Positions 14,701 through 25,200 of a DNA stretch of 64,000 bases are shown piece by piece (position 1 is the stretch's first letter; each line of letters starts with the position of its first letter). The notes below the pieces were generated by a model. That model did no database searches. It was not told where the DNA came from and saw only the letters and a list, made by a program, of their open reading frames with translations. A program made the translations under genes and the position numbers. Source of the DNA: Lingula anatina (lineage: Eukaryota > Animalia > Brachiopoda); NCBI GenBank assembly GCA_051362555.1, contig CM120640.1:16430001-16494000 (forward strand). Direction: 5' to 3'.

Positions 14701-17202
14701 ATACCATTTCATACTTCTAGGGGCATACTTCTCTGGCCATTTCGCCAAACCAGCAGCTAGACTAATACTTTTTTTACTTAATAAATGCATGAAGAAAAAT
14801 GCATATTATTAAATCTTTTATTTTTAGAAAGATAATTGGTAAGTATGATGTAAGACCTACTTCATGTTTCCATAAATCTGGGGGTTTTGCACTGAGAGTA
14901 ATTTAAAAATAAATATACAGGTTGAGCAACACAACAAAATCTGTTTCAGTGTATGCGTATATGTATGCTTATTTCATATACATAGTCCATAATGCAGGTC
15001 CCCGTTTTATGCAGGGAAGTTCTTGTCTTAATAGTTATGGGGACTAGCGATTCGGTGCACAATTAAAACAGTTATAACAATATATATTCCTTCATTCATA
15101 ATTTGAAGTGCCAGCAGAAACCAAGCACATTGCTTCAAGGCCTTTATACCTATAATGATCAAGAGCGTTTTTGCAAAATCTCTTTTTTTCTGCAAATTTC
15201 TGCTAAATTTAGTTCCTTTGCTACAAGTATTCACCTTTCCGCGGCATTTAGCCAAAGGTTTTTCTTCGCCTAGAATCCAGCGAAAATTTGCAGCATTCTG
15301 ACAATAATGCCAGACATTTAATCACGAAGATCCAAATTACAGTTAATTAGTTTTCAATTTAAGGTACCCAAAATGTGAAAGCGTGGTTATCAGCATTTAT
15401 GTTTCTTTGAATACAAGGTCTCATCAATCTCATCAATGGCAGCCTTTTTGAAAAAAAATACTACAGTTATTTTTTATAAGAGACCCAATTTAACGGGGAA
15501 CTTTTGGCATTTTCATTCATTTTTAATCAAACCCTTACAAACGGATATAGTAGTTTAGCAAGGGCGAAATGACTAAAAAAAAATATTCTAAGGGGTAACG
15601 TAATCAGCAATTGTTTGTCGCGTACTACAATCAATCAGTCATCCTTTCAAATATTATCTAGTAGCGGGCGTAATACCAGTGAATGACCTTTAGGTGAAAA
15701 CACGGAGAAACATATTTTATAGGTTAATCGCAAATCTTTTCGGAAGATCAAGGCTCTGAAAGGGCACCTCTTTAGCGGAGATAATCACACATAGCATCTA
15801 TATAGTATAATATAGTATAGGTTTGACTTTTTAACTACGGACGAATTAAATTGATCCAAATAGCAGCAGAGGATGGCATCTCCCTAACCCCTTTACCAGT
15901 GGATCAGGTGATTGCCTTGTCAGCTATTTTCATCTAATCTGCCAACTGAAGATCTTTAGACACACATTTAAAAATGCTTATTTGAAATGGTAGTAATAGT
16001 TATGCAAATTTGAATCTAATAGAGATTAATTTCTTATGTCGTGAATTTAATTTCAGGTGAGATGCACGTCCTTGATAACCGGCATATTCATCCCAGCAGG
16101 TTACTGTTGGATTTACTGGCAACTGGGAACAGACGTCACATGTCTGCGCTTTGGTACGAAACTTAGTCACGGCGTGCGAGTGACTGTGGATTTATACAAA
16201 ATATCATTCAAAGGTAATTAATGAGCCAAAGAAAATTTGAAATTTTCTTTGCGGTATGTTATATATTAATTAACACTGAAGATTTTCAAATAATTGAAAT
16301 TTTTAGAGGCATGCGACGTCTTAAACTTTTTTTTCAAAAAGTCCATTTTCACCTGCTTTCATTGTTGACACACCTTCCAGAAAGTGAATGAAGGGATTTC
16401 ACAATGAAACGAATAAAAATAAGTAACATCACCGCCGTTCACTAGTATCCAACATGTAAACTATGTGCGCAAAATGAAAAATAAACAAAGATGGAGGAGT
16501 GGCAAATTTCCAAGTAAAGGTACCAAAACACATGTTCTTGAAGTGTGATAAGAGCAGGTGAAGCAGAAAACGATACACAACGCAAAATCACTTGTGATTC
16601 GAGCCAAACGTAAGACTCTAAAGCCAAGACGTGGTAATCAATAAACAATGCTATATATATCTATACAGATTAATCAAAACATTTACATATATTAGTGTTC
16701 TCCTATTTTATACGAGATACTTATTTTTCTTTGAAGGCTCAGTAAGTAGGACAAATGAAACTGCTAAAGAGTTCTGTATTCAACTAAACAAACCGTGAAC
16801 AACATAAATGAGAAAGAGCAGAAACCAATAAAGATGTGATGACAGCAAAAGCAGATGTTACTCCAAGTATTTTTCAAAAAAAATGTAATTCATAATTAAC
16901 ATATAATAATAATAATAAAAAATAATAATAATAATACAAAATACACATTTCCAATACACAGCTTACCATTGGACGAGGGACATTTTTAGGACATGACATT
17001 GGGACTAACCTCCACCATTCCGCATACACAGGTACGGGAATCTCCAAATATTGCCCACTCCAACAGCATAGCCTATGCCGGACATTATGAAGTCGAACCT
17101 TCTTGACCATTTCTCTCTCGTCGGCACAGAATCAGCATCGGAAGATGTTGTTGATTTGTTTTCAAAATCGGCAGAGGCCGTCGCCACTTGCGCTACGGCC
17201 AT
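3525..17202 (-). CDS. SLC6 Na+/Cl- dependent amino-acid transporter A (glycine transporter-like), multi-exon, two alternative first coding exons
   Basis: GT-AG exons with consistent phases: 17010-17202 OR 13508-13703, then 12383-12514, 11800-12172, 10967-11099, 10463-10597, 9959-10062, 9607-9731, 8799-8911, 8322-8453, 7902-8001, 6048-6148, 5415-5585, 3525-3683 (TAA). The sum is 1971 or 1974 nt, i.e. 656 or 657 aa. SLC6 motifs: [22 protein letters not shown], [47 protein letters not shown]. Exon sizes 135/104/125/113/100/101 are typical of SLC6 genes. Confidence 0.95.
4569..4722. mobile_element. 5'-truncated copy of the 28154-28293 MITE
   Basis: Shares gcatcgcgaa..tagcgatatcac, cgagttatggaat.gagac.cttg.gctcggtcgcaa and cgcgatgctttcgagttacgg.gccctgg with the complete copy. 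Confidence 0.8.
6554..7647 (+). mobile_element. Non-LTR retrotransposon (L1/Tx1-like) ORF2 internal fragment in an SLC6-A intron, antisense to the host
   Basis: Uninterrupted ORF 6555-7691 with [51 protein letters not shown] and [12 protein letters not shown], which is the end of the RT domain plus the following region. It lacks the catalytic RT core and the 3' end, and is flanked by an ATAACGG direct repeat. Confidence 0.9.
7715..7749. repeat. (TG)n microsatellite
   Basis: Pure TG run. Confidence 0.95.
8745..8779. repeat. (GA)n microsatellite
   Basis: Pure GA run just inside an SLC6-A intron. Confidence 0.95.
10703..10832. mobile_element. hAT-type MITE
   Basis: TIRs CATGGGTGA...TCACCCATG with an 8-bp target duplication gatttagt / ggtttagt (1 mismatch). 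Confidence 0.75.
13508..13703 (-). CDS. SLC6-A proximal N-terminus+TM1 exon (1b)
   Basis: Encodes [12 protein letters not shown]...[36 protein letters not shown]. The phase-1 donor G|GTTAGT fits the acceptor at 12514. An in-frame TAA lies upstream at 13752-13754. A candidate acceptor tttttaaacAG precedes 13775. Confidence 0.9.
17010..17202 (-). CDS. SLC6-A distal N-terminus+TM1 exon (1a)
   Basis: Encodes [10 protein letters not shown]...[36 protein letters not shown] and has the same phase-1 donor G|GTTAGT. I found no other SLC6 exons between it and exon 1b, so its only compatible partner is the exon at 12514. Confidence 0.85.
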
Positions 17203-18681
17203 TTTTCGGTATTCCGCAGTACACGTGTAGTTGCGAAAGACGAAGTAAGCATTTACACCGTCCAAACTAAACCCGACAAATGACGGGCCTTTTGAAATAA
17301 CAGGCGAAATTTAGAGTCTAGACTCAGTGGCTGTGCAGAAAAATCACTTTAACAGCTGGCAAGATGTCGATCAGACTTCGAGTTTCAATAATATGTCTAA
17401 CTCGCAAAAGATTATAAGTCCAAGCCAAAAGACCTTAATGGTTTCTTTTCATTCGTTCCAACACGAGTGCGGGCTCGTGTGCATACCTTCAGAATATCAT
17501 CTCCAGGCTGAATGCCAAAAGTCACTTTTCTACTTCATGGCCTACTTGGAACTTTTCGTGTACGCATTCTAGCGCGAGCCGTTGGAAAACGATTTGACTC
17601 TCACAATCAGCTGCTCCATTCGTCTTGAGGCGGGCAAAAAGTCACAGGCACTGTTCACTAACAGTTAACCGTGTGTTGAGAATACATTTTGTGCATCAGC
17701 AGGTGATAGGTATGTCCAGTGGTGAAGTTAAGTGGATGCGGTGTATTTAACGTAAGAAAACAAAAAAAAATTAGCTTTGCCAAAGGAAGTGTTCCCTCCA
17801 ATGAGATGCTTTAGTGCATTGAGCTTCACGCTTGTTCTATCTTCCATTCACGTATTACAAAACATGAGTTAGCACGACCGGATTTTTAAACACCTTTATA
17901 AACGCCATTTCCTGTGATTGTTATAAGATATGTTCCCCCTTTTAAATATTTTTCTTGATTGTTTCTTTCGTTGTTAGCATTTGATAAAACCTACATATAT
18001 TTGCCCCCTCCCTCTTCCCGATTCTTTCTTCGGCACCTTTTATTGGCCAATAGTTGAAAACTCACAAAAGATAAGATGAAAACGATGCTTCAGATGGCCA
18101 CTAAAACGATTTTCTGAGTGACTATTGAAAATTTAAGATTGTGCATATAATACATGTACAATATTAGTTATTGAATTATATCAATTGAAACATGCAATTT
18201 TTTTCTTAAACCTAAAAGTAAAAAATGTCACTTTTCATTTTCTCTCTTTCATAACTATGTTTAAGATCGCCGAAAAAGTATTTGAAATTATATTAAATGA
18301 ATTTACAATATTTATAAAATTAGTATATTGAAACATTTTATCTTGATTGCTTTTCTCTGATTCTATCGAAATCATTGTTAATGAGGAGAGCTTAAGGTGT
18401 TGTTGTATTGAGGGTCCCATGAGGGGGGATCAGTTCAAGGAAATAATCAATTCACAAAATACAATAAAAAATTTTAGTCATATCTCACAGATGATTTCCA
18501 AAACCCTGAAAATCACGAATCATTGGATATAATGATTTCGTTTCACGAAAGGCGGAGATCTAAAAGGCGGCATTCACGAGTTATACAATTTATCTTCACT
18601 CTTAAATTCAAATCTAAATCGCAATAGAGAAGACAAAATGAGAAACAAAGCTTTCTTCAAAGTAATAAATTTAAATATTAA

Positions 18682-19018
18682 AGGGATAATAACTCTTCGT
18701 ATGAGACCTATATTTCACAATAAAAACCTTGTGAATAACTCATAGAAATATAATATATTCTGTTTTACCAAGAAAACAGCAGTTATAGCTTTTATTCTGA
18801 TATTTGAAATTGTCTTTAGACAATGTGACCTCCATTGATGTCTATACTCTGTTAAAATCTCTTAAGAGATTTTTAAAAAAAACCAAACTTTTTAGAAAAA
18901 AACCAGGGACTAACTTTGAATGTAAAAATGGATTCATTAACCATTGGTAAGTATGGGAAAATTGTTGTTTACTCCAGGAAAATTCATTTTTTGGCCGAAA
19001 CGAAGAGTTATTATTGCT
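18682..19018. mobile_element. Kolobok-type non-autonomous DNA transposon
   Basis: TTAA on both flanks. TIRs AGGGATAATAACTCTTCGT / ACGAAGAGTTATTATTGCT. Confidence 0.75.
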
Positions 19019-19490
19019 TTAAATTCATTAAATATTGAGTATTAAGCTCATTTAAAGCTGACAGGAAAAGGATACTAAGTGATGACACTGAAGTCGAGGA
19101 AAAAGTTTGGTGTCATTATTGACATTTGGCTCTTTTGACCTCTTCCACCAAAATAGTTACCATGCCTGAGATAATTTGGTTTCAGCAAGTCATAGGCCCG
19201 AGCGTTATGTAACTTTCCTACTCGCACAATATATTCATGTTTGGGGCAACTAAAAGAAGTAATGCAGTCCCAGTGTTAAGTTATTTTAATCTTGTTTACA
19301 AACCGGACACAAATATATAATCCGAGATAGAATAAAATAAAATTAACATTTTGAATATTATAGTCATGATAGTTGAAAAGTTAATAAAACGCGCCTAATT
19401 GATTTGTGGCACGCAGGAATCAGTATGATTGGATCTCAGATGTGGAGGGAAGAAGCAGAGTGACGGAAAAGAGATCTTACTTTGAAATCA

Positions 19491-19493
<3 letters not shown>

Positions 19494-19547
<54 letters not shown>
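19494..19547. repeat. (TA)n microsatellite
   Basis: Pure TA run. A (GA)n run follows at 19621-19644. Confidence 0.95.
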
Positions 19548-19550
<3 letters not shown>

Positions 19551-19613
19551 TTATTGAATTGTATCAATTAAAACATGCAATTTTTTCTTAAACCTATAAG
19601 TATAAAGAGTCAT

Positions 19614-19644
<31 letters not shown>

Positions 19645-20131
19645 ACCCAGGGGAAATCTGTTACTGCCTGCGTGATCTGTAGCTCGTGTATGAGGAGTAA
19701 GGAAGTAAAGAAGTTACAAGGCTGGCTGCTGCGTTCATATCATTTTCCATGATTGACTAATCACCTAAAATATCAGTAACCAACCACGGTTACATCTTTT
19801 GTTTTTTGGCCACACTTTAGGTATATATATCAGCTACAGGTCCCTGTTACATAATTTTTTCTGGGCACTCACCTGCTAGAAGTCTTTAGGAGATAGTTCG
19901 TATCGTACGTGATAACCCCCAAAATACCAGCCTTCATTTTTTATGCTAGGTGGGTACTGGTTTGAGATTGGGTTACAATTCTTTTCACACCTGCCCAAAA
20001 ACCAACGCGCTGATAGCCGTGCGGGAAACTTAAAATGAGTTGGACCGTTTACTTTTGCGTTTTCCTGCTTTCATGCTTCAATCCATGTGTATAAATAATT
20101 TATTCGTGTGCTGTGTTTTTTGTATTTATAA

Positions 20132-20172
<41 letters not shown>

Positions 20173-20378
20173 ATGGTGTTCAGGTTTGTTCAAAACCCGA
20201 TACACAAATCAAATAATACGGACAGTGTTTCCAACTGCACCAGAATTCATTCATGGCTTATTATTGTTATGTTTTACAATCGATTATTGAAATTGCTATA
20301 TAGTGTGCGGGTTTTTCTGTTTTACGACACAGATAGAAGCTTTCAACAATGTACTTTGTAAACTTTGAGTTAAACTTT

Positions 20379-20552
20379 CAGGGCGCATTTAGAACCAGTT
20401 GATCCTCGAACGAACTAGTCAAATATGGCGCGACCAACTTGAAAACGTGTCCCCTGCTGGGAGGGCAAGCGTGGAAAGAGGGAATCCAAGTGCGCGCCAT
20501 ATATGATTCGCGGACTAGTTAGTCCACATATCAACTAGCTCTGAATACCCCC
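20379..20552. mobile_element. Degenerate MITE with terminal inverted repeats
   Basis: GGCGCATTTAGAACCAGTTGAT pairs imperfectly with ATCAACTAGCTCTGAATACCCCC. Inner inverted pairs aactagtc/gactagtt and atatggcgcg/cgcgccatat. Confidence 0.55.
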
Positions 20553-21645
20553 ACTGTGTATAATGATGACCAAAAAAGATTTCAGATGGATTCCATTTAC
20601 TGACATTGATTCTAACTGTACATGCCAGATCTCGGCCTTGGCAAGCAACGAAAAAGCGGTACATATACTACACGTTTAAACTAAGGATAACACAACCTAA
20701 AACATATACTGCGTAATCTGTACAAGATATCTTACACAAAAATCGTCTAAATGTTTCTACGGCGATACAAGTTAATATGGCCAACGCTGTTTTCTATAAT
20801 TTCGTTCATGTATATAATATTCAACTAAGCCATTGCGGAGCAATCTACATGTACTCCAATACTATCATCGCATGTGACATTATGTACATATACTTTAACT
20901 TTTGCTAACCCAAGAAATCATTAAATGCTACTTTCTGACATACTGGTACATAATTTTGAAAATTGTCCATCAAGGGATACGATTGAAAGAAACTGTTTAC
21001 AATACCATATATGAGTTAATTATCTAATTCGTAAAAAATTATGATAAAATAAATAACAGAACACTTCTAGTTCATTCTCTTTATCAATAATATATCAGTC
21101 ACACTTAAAAACTCAAATATATACACTCAAATACCGACTAACAAAAGCCAACATGAAAAGAAAAACGCCATTTTAAAAGCGGTCTACTCTACTGCTGTTT
21201 ATACATATCTGAAGGCACTGGTTTATATTTGACGAATACACTTGTAGTACAATGGTATCGACATTGCTTCCTGTACAGAAACAGTTTTATCAACTTGAGT
21301 TACGGACAGAAAAAGACGTTGATCTCTAGTTTACTTGATATTCTACTACAACCAACTTAAACGTACTGTTCACAATTTCAATCCAATCGATTTTATGACA
21401 CATTTAAAAACTGTTAACCACACATCATATTATGTTTCATTATAATTGTTAAAATAGTTCTTGCGCCTTGCTGTAAAGAAAACCCCCACGACTCCTTGTT
21501 CCATGGCTAAACTACTCACAACTTCTCTTACACGATGACGTCAGTGCAAGTACACTTCTACAAGATGTAAGAATGCTTTGGCTTGCTCCTCTTAAGGTTA
21601 TTGCCTGTGTTGGACGAACTGCGTGTTCAGTTGCATAGCAAATTT

Positions 21646-21852
21646 AGACTGGGTTCCCATACCTAGATCGACCCAACAGGATCGATCCATCTCCGAGGGT
21701 TTTCTCGCTAAATTGTTTTAAGCTTAAGCGGCTTAGATGTCTGGCACGCCTACTGAAGACATCTAAGCCGCGTAAGTTGATTGCAATTTAGTAAAAATCC
21801 CCTCGGAGATAGATCGATCCACAGTTAGTACGGTAGGGTCTGGGAATGGTCT
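21646..21852. mobile_element. About 200-bp fold-back (MITE-like long inverted repeat) downstream of the SLC6-B stop
   Basis: Nested arms ttcccatacc/ggtctgggaa, ggatcgatccatctccgaggg/ccctcggagatagatcgatcc, ctaaattg/caatttag and a central 19/20-bp stem around a 14-nt loop. Confidence 0.8.
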
Positions 21853-22244
21853 CTTATTTGTACATTGTGACACCAATGTGACATCTTATAGTCAATGAAA
21901 TAGCATTATGTGTACTTTGCGTAGGACTGCATTACTAGAAGGGAGAAAGCAATTATTATGTCCGATTAGTAGGCTGGGATCGGAAATTTGAAGGTACCGA
22001 AATTTCATTATTTTTGATTGGAACAAATCTCAACACAGCTTGTTCTAAGTGCAAGTCATAGCAACAGCGATTCTTTATTAAGAGTATTACTGTACCAGTA
22101 TGAAGAGTAATACGAAATATAATTTATGTAACCAAGTACCACTATATTGTACATGTATAACCAGATTTGCATGTGTCACTTTCAAACAATCTATTCAAAT
22201 TCACAGTTACAAGGTACAATCCAGTCACACCTGTATACCAGTGA

Positions 22245-25200
22245 CTATACTTTTGAATCGTCAGTATCGTCTAAGGGCTCCTTCGATTCCTCAAAAACAG
22301 GATCTTCCTGATCCGGTTCCTGTGTCGGCACCCTGACAGCGTCACACCGATATTTGTAAGACGCTCGGTACTTAGCAACCGCTGGACCCCAATCCTCAGA
22401 CGGCCTAAGCAGTGTCCTGATACGCTACAAATAAAAATATCCCAATGCAAACATGTTATAAAAACCATCAACTGATTCGCACTATACATATACTCCATAG
22501 CAATTAGTGTGTATTATTTACTTCCCCGAGTGCCCACTAAAAGTATACCTGTAATGATGCTATAAAACGAATAAATATATGCGACCGGCTCTCCAGCCAT
22601 TAAGACTTTATAAAATGGCCATATAAGAAACTTCTTAAATTCTTCAAAACCACGTATCCTACCTACGTTTCCTCATAGAAGCAGATTTCATACACTCAAG
22701 ACTGCATTTTTAAAAACATAAATCATTATCTTTAGTATTCACGAGCAAAAAATAATTTACTTTGTATATGTACATTTTCAGGAGATATGAGCAGAAGGGG
22801 AGCCAAAGAATCGCCACATCCCACCCTTTTTCATATCTTTGATCCGCAGGTAACTATAAATACACCCCTTGACCATACCTGCGTAAAAGGTCCCGGTGTT
22901 TTGTAGATTTGATACACAGCCACTATAGGTATGGGTATGAGCGGCACGGAGGCGAGGAACCATCCAAACTGTATGGCAGAGGGTGGGTAGCTGTACGTGC
23001 CGTAGAAGGGAGCTTTATAGTCTCTGACAGTCAGCACAAATGCAATCTGAAAAGATAAAGTGACAGAGCGAAGTTGATACTAAATAAAAAAAATCATAGT
23101 GCCTGCTGCAATCACGATTGCGATAGGGAAGACAGTCTTTGCGTCTTTTTTGTTTCGAACGGGACACGGAGCCGGAGTTTTGTTGTCGTTAAAATTTTTG
23201 AAACAGCGTCATGGCAGTTATTTTTTACTTAATTAAACTATGAACTTTAAAAAATGCGCGTCTGCCGTCATATATTATTATCTAAAAATTCTAACAACAG
23301 TCTGAAACATGTGATTTTAGCATTGTAACCACAGATATTAAACCTAGCCGGTAATATCATTTTTAAAATAAGCAAACAATATTGGCAGAGCGCATTTTTG
23401 TGGAAGGACTAGCATTATTACTTTAATTGAAGTTACACATATCTCGTTACGCCAAAATCTATACTTTGTGAAATTAGATGAAGTTTGCTAGTAAGCTATT
23501 GTGATAATGTACTGGGGAACTTACAAAAAGTAGCACAGGAGTTAAGAACCTCCAACATATCTGCCAAATGATGTTTGGTTTGTAGCCGATCATCATCTCG
23601 ATGTCGTCGTACAATCGGTTCCCACCTGGTGAAATGAAAAATAGATCATACGATCAAGACATTTCAAACACACGTATAGCTTATCACCTTTTCCAAAAAA
23701 AAAAAAAAAAAAATAATAATAATAAAATAATAAAAAAAAAACGGTAACGAATACAATAATTTATCATAACATGATTTAAAAAAATAATCGTACAAATTAG
23801 TGGTATCATCTCCGCCTCCTGTCTAATTACCATATATCCAAGCTATGATCAGGACTTCAGACAATCCCATTGTGACAACGGCGAATGCGGCACTGTACCA
23901 GTCCATTATCTGGAACACGTACACTCCTCCCTGAAACAAACAGTATGTGATAGAAAGGCTTAGCCTCGTGCGCAATCTTAAGCAGTCTTTGCGGTAAAAA
24001 CCCAGTAATTTAATACAAAGCGTCTATTTTAACTCTATATTGTAATGCTGTTAAAAAGTGGCGGTGATGTTTGGGATATTTTCAACCGACTCTGTGTGAT
24101 AAGATATCTAAAAAAATGTCACCCAAGAACAAGATATAAAGGGATGAAAATGCACCTTAAACGCAAGAGTGGAAATGACACTGATTGCAAAATGTACACA
24201 TTAATAAAGGATAACAGCCGTCATGATTGCGACAGTGAAAACAGATTAAGGCAAACTGTTTACCGATGTAACATCTTTATCTCCTTGTTTTCCAATTGCT
24301 TTCAAAGATCAAATGTTTTGTAGGTAGAGATGCAATTTAAGTAAACGATTTGACACCTAACATGGAACTTTTACAGAAGAAGAACGCATGTTTTATTCGA
24401 AAGGGTCTGTCACTCTCTCACTTAAAGACGGAACATCGATTTCAAATACAGACTTGACATTTAATATGGAATATTTTTTTTCCAAATCACTTTTCATCAA
24501 ATTTTACCTATTTAGCTGACTAATAAATGAAAATAGGGATTAAAATCGTGTTTTAATAACTTTAATTGATCTCTTTATGTCAGTGTGGCATCAGTTCATT
24601 AATTGAATTCGACAGTGAAGCAAACAAAAAAACATTGCCTATTCTATGTCATACAGCAACCATTAAAATTGGTATTTTGGATCTCCATATTTTACAAATG
24701 ATCGTCTGTAAAAGAGTAACACGCCCCACAAAGGACCCTCATGTCAGTGTCTAGTCACAGCAACGGTCGCTGTTACGCCTGACTTCTTCTGGCTGCTACC
24801 AGGTCTCTCAAGCGGCAAGGCATTTCTTGGGATAGGTTTTTAGAGTTCAATCTGGAATAATATTCCAGGCATTGACCAAAACTTGTCCAATTTGGTTCAG
24901 TTTTGTTGCACGACATGTAAGCTGTTGATTCGGCTAGTAATGGCCTACCAACATATTGTCTATGTGGTTCAAATTTGGCGATTTTGATAACCAAGGAAGT
25001 TGCTCAGTCCCTTGGTTCTGAAAGTTATCTGCTATAAAGAGTGTTCTGTGTGATCCGGCACTCTCACCGTGCTACCTGAAATTGTTCCTAAGGTGCCCCC
25101 TATCAAATGATAGTCAAGTGGTTCCCAGATTATTCCTTTATTTGATCTGGTTCAGGTTTTCATCGATGACTTCTCTTGGTGTTTTGGCACCAATGTGGTA

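Noticed and set aside
17010-17202. Distal TM1 exon as a pseudogene relic of a lost third paralog
   Set aside because: ATG, frame, motif and donor are intact and divergence from exon 1b is mostly synonymous. No decayed downstream exons were seen. Not fully excluded without RNA data.
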